A DNA stretch of 64,000 nucleotides. Source: a virus. Lineage: Duplodnaviria > Caudoviricetes. The stretch spans positions 63,206 to 127,205 of the IMG/VR virus record IMGVR_UViG_3300002220_000189, one strand, 5' to 3'. A program made the translations under genes and the position numbers. Shown one piece after another: positions 59,118 to 64,000 of the stretch. The stretch's first letter is position 1, and the number at the start of each line of letters is the position of its first letter. The notes under the pieces were generated by a model that was not told the origin of the DNA, searched no databases, and saw nothing but the letters and a program-made list of their open reading frames with translations.

Positions 59118-60379
59118 AATAAACCCTCTCTTTCATAAAAAACTATTGATCTATTTTTATTTACATCAAGTTGTGGCATTAAAAATTTTAATACATCATT
59201 TTTATGCAAAAATCTTAAAATGGTGAATACTTTAACATGATACAATCTACACACCGAAGGTATAGGTAAAAACATATTACCTGTTGTTTCATATTGAGAA
59301 CCAAGACATCCAAAAGAGCAAAAATGTTTTATTAAGCATTTTTCACAATATGGTATATTATGTATTTTCATTGCATTCATCGCTAAAAATAATTCTACAT
59401 TCTTTTCCTTTATTCCTGTCAATGTTTTACCATCGGTTTCATATTCATATAATAAGAATTTATCGTATTTAAGTCGATGACATGGATATGTTTTCAAGTC
59501 TATTACACCAATCTGATGTACAGATTGTGCGCTGCATGTTAAACCCGACATATGTTCTATAAAAATTTTAGAGATAGTGTCGACATCCCTAATTAATTTT
59601 TCAGCATATTTTTCACCATTTCCACTATTATTTAATCCATATTCCATTAAAAACTTTAAGAATTTAATATAATGTATTAAATGTTCTTTCTTCCAACCTG
59701 CATTACGTACTTCTAAATATGAAAGATTTGTAATATCAATATTATATTGTAAAAGCATCTCCATAAACCAAAGATGATTCTGTATAGAACATTCTATACC
59801 ATTAAAGTATATCATTGGATGAAGTCCATAATGTAAATATTTATGTGATTTAAACAGTTCATGATAAAAATCATCTGTATACATATTACCATTTCTCAAT
59901 GGCCTGTTATTATTATCCATATATTTACCATCTATTGATGCACTTAATTTAATATCTACATTATTCTTTTTACCTAACTCTATTAAATCAAAAACTTTTT
60001 GTTTTCTTTTTTCATCAAATATAAAAGACACTGCAGTTGGAATAGAAATGAAGAAATTTTTTTGCACTTTATTTTCTATTATATATTGTATCACATTATA
60101 AGAATAATCCTTCATCAATAATTCCCCACCAAATAAACACAATGAAGGACTATACGAATTTTCATTCAACCAATTTATAATTATTTCAACATTCTTCAAT
60201 ATACTACTTTCACTATAAATATCTTTAGTGTACTTTTTCCCAACATTATTGATATAGCAATATGTACACTTATGATCACACGAATAATCAAAATTTAATT
60301 GTAATAAATTATGATTTCTATTAGAATTTTCCGGAGTCCATTTTCTACGATATCTTTTCAAAACATTTTCTATTATCAT
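59114..60379 (-). CDS. Radical SAM enzyme with SPASM domain
   Basis: CDHKCTYC, FGGE, SIDG; C...PCHR...CEKCLIKHFCSFGC...C. Confidence 0.9.
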   Translation of the reverse strand: MIIENVLKRYRRKWTPENSNRNHNLLQLNFDYSCDHKCTYCYINNVGKKYTKDIYSESSILKNVEIIINWLNENSYSPSLCLFGGELLMKDYSYNVIQYIIENKVQKNFFISIPTAVSFIFDEKRKQKVFDLIELGKKNNVDIKLSASIDGKYMDNNNRPLRNGNMYTDDFYHELFKSHKYLHYGLHPMIYFNGIECSIQNHLWFMEMLLQYNIDITNLSYLEVRNAGWKKEHLIHYIKFLKFLMEYGLNNSGNGEKYAEKLIRDVDTISKIFIEHMSGLTCSAQSVHQIGVIDLKTYPCHRLKYDKFLLYEYETDGKTLTGIKEKNVELFLAMNAMKIHNIPYCEKCLIKHFCSFGCLGSQYETTGNMFLPIPSVCRLYHVKVFTILRFLHKNDVLKFLMPQLDVNKNRSIVFYEREGLL

Positions 60380-60383
60380 GATA

Positions 60384-61577
60384 TTATATTCCCTTTATCT
60401 TCTCAAAATATCCATTACCTAAAAGTAATATAATAGATACAGGAATTAAAAATTCTGAGGTTGTCAACACCAAAAACTCTGATATGCAATACATAACTGC
60501 TTTAATAAAAATTGCTAATAATAATGCATTGTTTATATCTTTATATTCTGATAATATTTGCCCATTATCAGCTAATTCTTTTATTAGACATAAATTAGTA
60601 TTTAAATATAACATATTGAAATGATGATAACTAAAGCCCTTATATTTATATAGTTCCATACTAATGTGGGTTTCATTATCTTTAGGCTCTGTAAATAATC
60701 TATGACATAAATAAATGCTATTATTATCTATAGCTACTGATGACTTACCTGAAGAACAAGTATACCTAAAAATATTATCTATATGATATAAATCATTCAA
60801 TATATTCTTAAAACTACGTTTATATGGAATACCCAATTTTGAATTATTGAATATATCAGCAAAAGCAGATAATAATTCACCATCTTCTTTAGTATACTTA
60901 TATGATAAATCAAATGTAGGATGTGGGATTATATCTATTATAATATTTTTCCCTATATCTTTATATCTCTTACTTAACATATCAAAAAAACATAAATATT
61001 CTTGCATACTATTAGAAGTTTCCACAAAATATTTTATATTATTAATGTTAAAAGTTACTTTATTTCTCAATTTTATATTTTTAATTGATAAATCTATATT
61101 TTCTAAAAAATTATATAGAATTTCTAATCCCTTCAAAACTTTCTGATGTGTTCCTCTTCCACGATTTAAGTCAGTATTATATTCATCACCATCTATAGAA
61201 AATTGGATATCCAAATTTACACGACCTTTGGCTAAATCAACTTTATTCAAAGTTTCTATAAATTGTATTATTTTTTCTACTTTGGTTAAATTTGTTGAAA
61301 ATAATATAGTATCTAATTTAGGAAATTTTTTGAGAAGAATGTTTAAATAATTTGAAAGGTAATCTAAATTATAAGAAGGTTCTGCACCCCATAAAGATAA
61401 CGATGTAAATTCTAAATTTAATTCACTCAGTCTATCAATAAAATCACCAGATTTAATAAAATCTTCTATTGATTTGCAAATAAAATCTTTGTTATAATAG
61501 CAATAATTACAATTTAAATTACATTTTTCTGAAAAAAACAGGCCAACATTTAAAGTATCCATAAACATCCTATACAA
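60384..61577 (-). CDS. Radical SAM enzyme with a truncated (twitch-like) auxiliary domain
   Basis: CNLNCNYC, WGAEP, STN, QFSIDG; CSSG...LCHR. Confidence 0.88.
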   Translation of the reverse strand: MYRMFMDTLNVGLFFSEKCNLNCNYCYYNKDFICKSIEDFIKSGDFIDRLSELNLEFTSLSLWGAEPSYNLDYLSNYLNILLKKFPKLDTILFSTNLTKVEKIIQFIETLNKVDLAKGRVNLDIQFSIDGDEYNTDLNRGRGTHQKVLKGLEILYNFLENIDLSIKNIKLRNKVTFNINNIKYFVETSNSMQEYLCFFDMLSKRYKDIGKNIIIDIIPHPTFDLSYKYTKEDGELLSAFADIFNNSKLGIPYKRSFKNILNDLYHIDNIFRYTCSSGKSSVAIDNNSIYLCHRLFTEPKDNETHISMELYKYKGFSYHHFNMLYLNTNLCLIKELADNGQILSEYKDINNALLLAIFIKAVMYCISEFLVLTTSEFLIPVSIILLLGNGYFEKIKGI

Positions 61578-62646
61578 TCATAAAATCACTTATTTTTTTC
61601 TTACCAGTAATAATCGCTGTTAAATCTCCATTGGAAATATAAGTGATATTTTTGGCAAAAACATTTTTATGGATGGTTAAATCAGATCCCTTTATTTCCA
61701 CCATATCTGTTTCTTCAAAACCCACTAAAATACTTTCAACACATGAAGTTGTATAATCATAAGTAACATTATAAACATTTAATAACGCAAGATTGTTATT
61801 TATATCCTCATCGGTGGCAGATTTCCCGGTAATTATATTTTTAAATCTTACTTCATATTGTAGACCAATCGAATTTTCTTCTTTTAATAAAATTAAAGAA
61901 TCTATAAACTTTAATATTTTATCTTTAGATTCTTTTTTAATATTGAATGAATACTTTCCTACTCCTAAAAAATTTTCTACTATGTGTTCAGAATTATATA
62001 AATCTCTAATATAAAATCGTGTCATTGATCTATATGAATCTAAATATTTTGAAAATAAATTATATGCATTTTCACCACATCGTATCAATATATCCTCACC
62101 TATAAGATTCATAGAACTTCTAAAAAAATCAATATGATAATTACACTGATCTAGAATCTCAGTCTTTATAATATATAATCTTTCTAATTGTTTAAATGGA
62201 TAAATATATTCTCTTAGAAACACATTCCCATATATATTTTTTTCCAGAACTGATGTACAAACACCATCCTCATTTGCTTGTTCTATAAGTTCATCAAAAG
62301 CTGTTTTACCTTCTATATAGTAAAGTAATTTATTATTATAACATTTATTACTAATGAAACGATCATCTATTATAATAACATCAAATAGAGAATACTCCTC
62401 TTGTACTAAATATCTTTTTAAAACAGAGAAGGATGTAATAGATTCCTCGATCTCAGTAGTAATAACACCTATAATAAAATCATATTTTTGTAATAATTTT
62501 AATGCTATAAAATCTTTATTATACCCTTGTATATTTTTATAATCCAATATATTATATAGCATAACTGCTATTTTACAATTTATTGGTAAAGATTTATATA
62601 TATTATCTAACTCATCTATTGAATATATTATTTTAGTTTTTTTCAT
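61570..62646 (-). CDS. Hypothetical protein in the radical SAM cluster
   Basis: 358-aa ORF with an AGGAG RBS; no motif recognised. Confidence 0.6.
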   Translation of the reverse strand: MKKTKIIYSIDELDNIYKSLPINCKIAVMLYNILDYKNIQGYNKDFIALKLLQKYDFIIGVITTEIEESITSFSVLKRYLVQEEYSLFDVIIIDDRFISNKCYNNKLLYYIEGKTAFDELIEQANEDGVCTSVLEKNIYGNVFLREYIYPFKQLERLYIIKTEILDQCNYHIDFFRSSMNLIGEDILIRCGENAYNLFSKYLDSYRSMTRFYIRDLYNSEHIVENFLGVGKYSFNIKKESKDKILKFIDSLILLKEENSIGLQYEVRFKNIITGKSATDEDINNNLALLNVYNVTYDYTTSCVESILVGFEETDMVEIKGSDLTIHKNVFAKNITYISNGDLTAIITGKKKISDFMIV

Positions 62647-62660
62647 TATATAATCTCCTT

Positions 62661-62846
62661 CTATGCGACATAGCTACCATTATGTGTTGATGAATAATTA
62701 TAATTTGAACCATAATATGTTCCATAATGTGTTTGACAATATGTAATATTATTATTTAGCCAATCAGACGCAGTTCTAACTTCATTTATATCACTATACT
62801 CTACATTTGTATATTGTGTTATACTTTGAGCCCATGAATATCCCAT
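62661..62846 (-). CDS. Small Tyr/His/Ser-rich protein, candidate radical SAM substrate
   Basis: WAQSITQYT...INEVRTASD...CQTHYGTYYGSNYNYSSTH. Confidence 0.7.
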   Translation of the reverse strand: MGYSWAQSITQYTNVEYSDINEVRTASDWLNNNITYCQTHYGTYYGSNYNYSSTHNGSYVA

Positions 62847-62868
62847 AATTTAATCAAACTCCTATTAA

Positions 62869-63198
62869 CTAACCATCTCCACCACTATATGAACAATAAC
62901 CATACCACGCTGTTGACATATGTGTAGATCTGTAAGAGGAATAATATATATAATGTGTAGAACATACAGTTACACACAGATTTCTTCTATCATACGCCTC
63001 ATCATACGCTGTTCTAAATTGTGTTAAAATTGTACTGTTAACCGATGTACTGTATTGTGTCGGTAATGTATAACTACCTGCACTTAAATCAGTTCTAGAT
63101 CTTAAATCATTAATATTTGAAGATATCTCAGGATATACATCTGCCTTTACAGATGCAGTATATTGTGTGATAGATTTAGTCCATGTTGTATATGCCAT
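62869..63198 (-). CDS. Small Tyr/His/Ser/Cys-rich protein, paralogue of 62661..62846, candidate radical SAM substrate
   Basis: WTKSITQYT...INDLR...FRTAYD...CSTHYIYYSSYRSTHMSTAWYGYC. Confidence 0.7.
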   Translation of the reverse strand: MAYTTWTKSITQYTASVKADVYPEISSNINDLRSRTDLSAGSYTLPTQYSTSVNSTILTQFRTAYDEAYDRRNLCVTVCSTHYIYYSSYRSTHMSTAWYGYCSYSGGDG

Positions 63199-63224
63199 AC
63201 CACTTATTTTCCCCTCTCATCAAC

Positions 63225-63238
63225 TATTTATATTTATA
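63225..63238 (-). promoter_or_regulatory. Two overlapping late promoters TATAAATA heading the radical SAM cluster
   Basis: tatttata at 63225-63232 and 63231-63238. Confidence 0.65.
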
Positions 63239-63257
63239 AATAAATATGTAAACTTAT

Positions 63258-64000
63258 TTATTTTATTTTTATCCAATGTCTATCATTTACTTCAATATCA
63301 TTCCAGAATTTTTTATATTCTTTTTTGATATATGTACCAATAATTCTTTCTGGATAATGTATAACATCTACTCTCACCATTTCTGTAAGTTCTCCGTCAA
63401 CCGTACAAGTCAATGGTGTACCTGTTTCATATATATTATCAACATATGCTAAAACATATCCAGCAACAGAAATGGGAATTTGTTTTTTATGCCCTTTGTT
63501 ACCCACACCAAAACCATATGTATCTGTTGCTATGCCTAATATTCCCTTTTCACAATATTCTCTTGATTTTCTTACCATACCATTATCATAAATATATGCT
63601 TTACCATATTCAATATCCAGCATATCATTATCAGTTTCAAAATAATCTGCTATATCATTATAAACGGCATTATATACTTTACCAGAACTTAATCTACCAT
63701 GAGTATTTGGTGTTTGTTCAGGAGCATTTTGACTTGAATGCCACATAATAACAAGATTTTGATCGGCACCATTTTTAAAATAAAATTGTGAATTATCATC
63801 TACACCATCAGAAGCTGTTGTTGATGCTGTAAATGTTGATGCACCAGCTAAAACTGCTGATGTGCCAGAACTTCCTGATGTGCCAGAACTTCCTGATGTT
63901 CCTGAACTGCCTGATTCACCCGATGTTCCTGAACTGCCCGATGTTCCTGAACTGCCCGATGTTCCTGAACTGCCTGATGTGCCAGAACTTCCAGAACTTC
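63258..64000 (-). CDS. C-terminal part of a fibre-like protein with G-(S/T)-S repeats and an intramolecular chaperone/auto-cleavage (peptidase G2-like) domain; starts beyond the window
   Basis: Frame stays open upstream of 63746 to the window end; VYNAVYNDIADYF...GILGIATDTYG...PISVAGYV. Confidence 0.75.
   Translation of the reverse strand, partial: SSGSSGTSGSSGTSGSSGTSGSSGTSGESGSSGTSGSSGTSGSSGTSAVLAGASTFTASTTASDGVDDNSQFYFKNGADQNLVIMWHSSQNAPEQTPNTHGRLSSGKVYNAVYNDIADYFETDNDMLDIEYGKAYIYDNGMVRKSREYCEKGILGIATDTYGFGVGNKGHKKQIPISVAGYVLAYVDNIYETGTPLTCTVDGELTEMVRVDVIHYPERIIGTYIKKEYKKFWNDIEVNDRHWIKIK
63858..64000 (-). repeat. Collagen-like Gly-X-Ser tandem repeat (GSSGTS)n
   Basis: 9/18-bp periodic sequence translating to SSGSSGTSGSSGTSGSSGTSGSSGTSGESG... 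Confidence 0.9.

Noticed and set aside
1353-63748. All plus-strand ORFs in the track (e.g. 1353..1823, 40130..40525, 52680..53129) and short nested minus-strand ORFs
   Set aside because: They are antisense or out-of-frame shadows of well-supported minus-strand genes, with no recognisable motifs
63858-64000. Short periodic repeats as a possible CRISPR array
   Set aside because: 9/18-bp codon-phased repeats with no unique spacers; they encode Gly-X-Ser
1-64000. Alternative genetic code (stop-codon reassignment) as in some large phages
   Set aside because: Conserved genes translate full-length in the standard code; the only break (gp46) is explained by the split intein

Overview
This is a strongly AT-rich segment of a large T4-like myovirus genome, with essentially every real gene on the minus strand. 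It holds most of the virion module: portal gp20, protease gp21, scaffold gp22, major capsid gp23, terminases gp16/gp17, neck gp13/14/15, sheath gp18, several gp19-like tube paralogues, and baseplate gp5/5.4/6/25/26/27/48/53. It also holds late sigma gp55 and recombination nuclease gp47/gp46, with many TATAAATA late promoters. Main unusual elements: (1) gp46 is a fractured gene, with an atypically split intein (24-aa N part, 125-aa C part) in its Walker A motif and a free-standing endonuclease between the halves. (2) The terminase carries a class-3 Ala-start intein, and the portal carries an HNH-bearing intein. (3) A complete prkA/yeaG-yeaH-spoVR trio lies between the small and large terminase genes. 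(4) A three-gene cassette (hypothetical, PRTase-beta-propeller, AMMECR1) is flanked by a perfect 49-bp repeat of the portal start. (5) A late-promoter cluster pairs two short paralogous Tyr/His/Ser/Cys-rich proteins with three radical SAM enzymes, a glycosyltransferase and a 1721-aa multi-glycosyltransferase/heptosyltransferase, next to a fibre gene with Gly-Ser/Thr-Ser repeats. This is a candidate phage-encoded RiPP-like virion modification system. No tRNA, rRNA or CRISPR array was recognised. All family assignments come from motif recognition and gene order, not from database searches.
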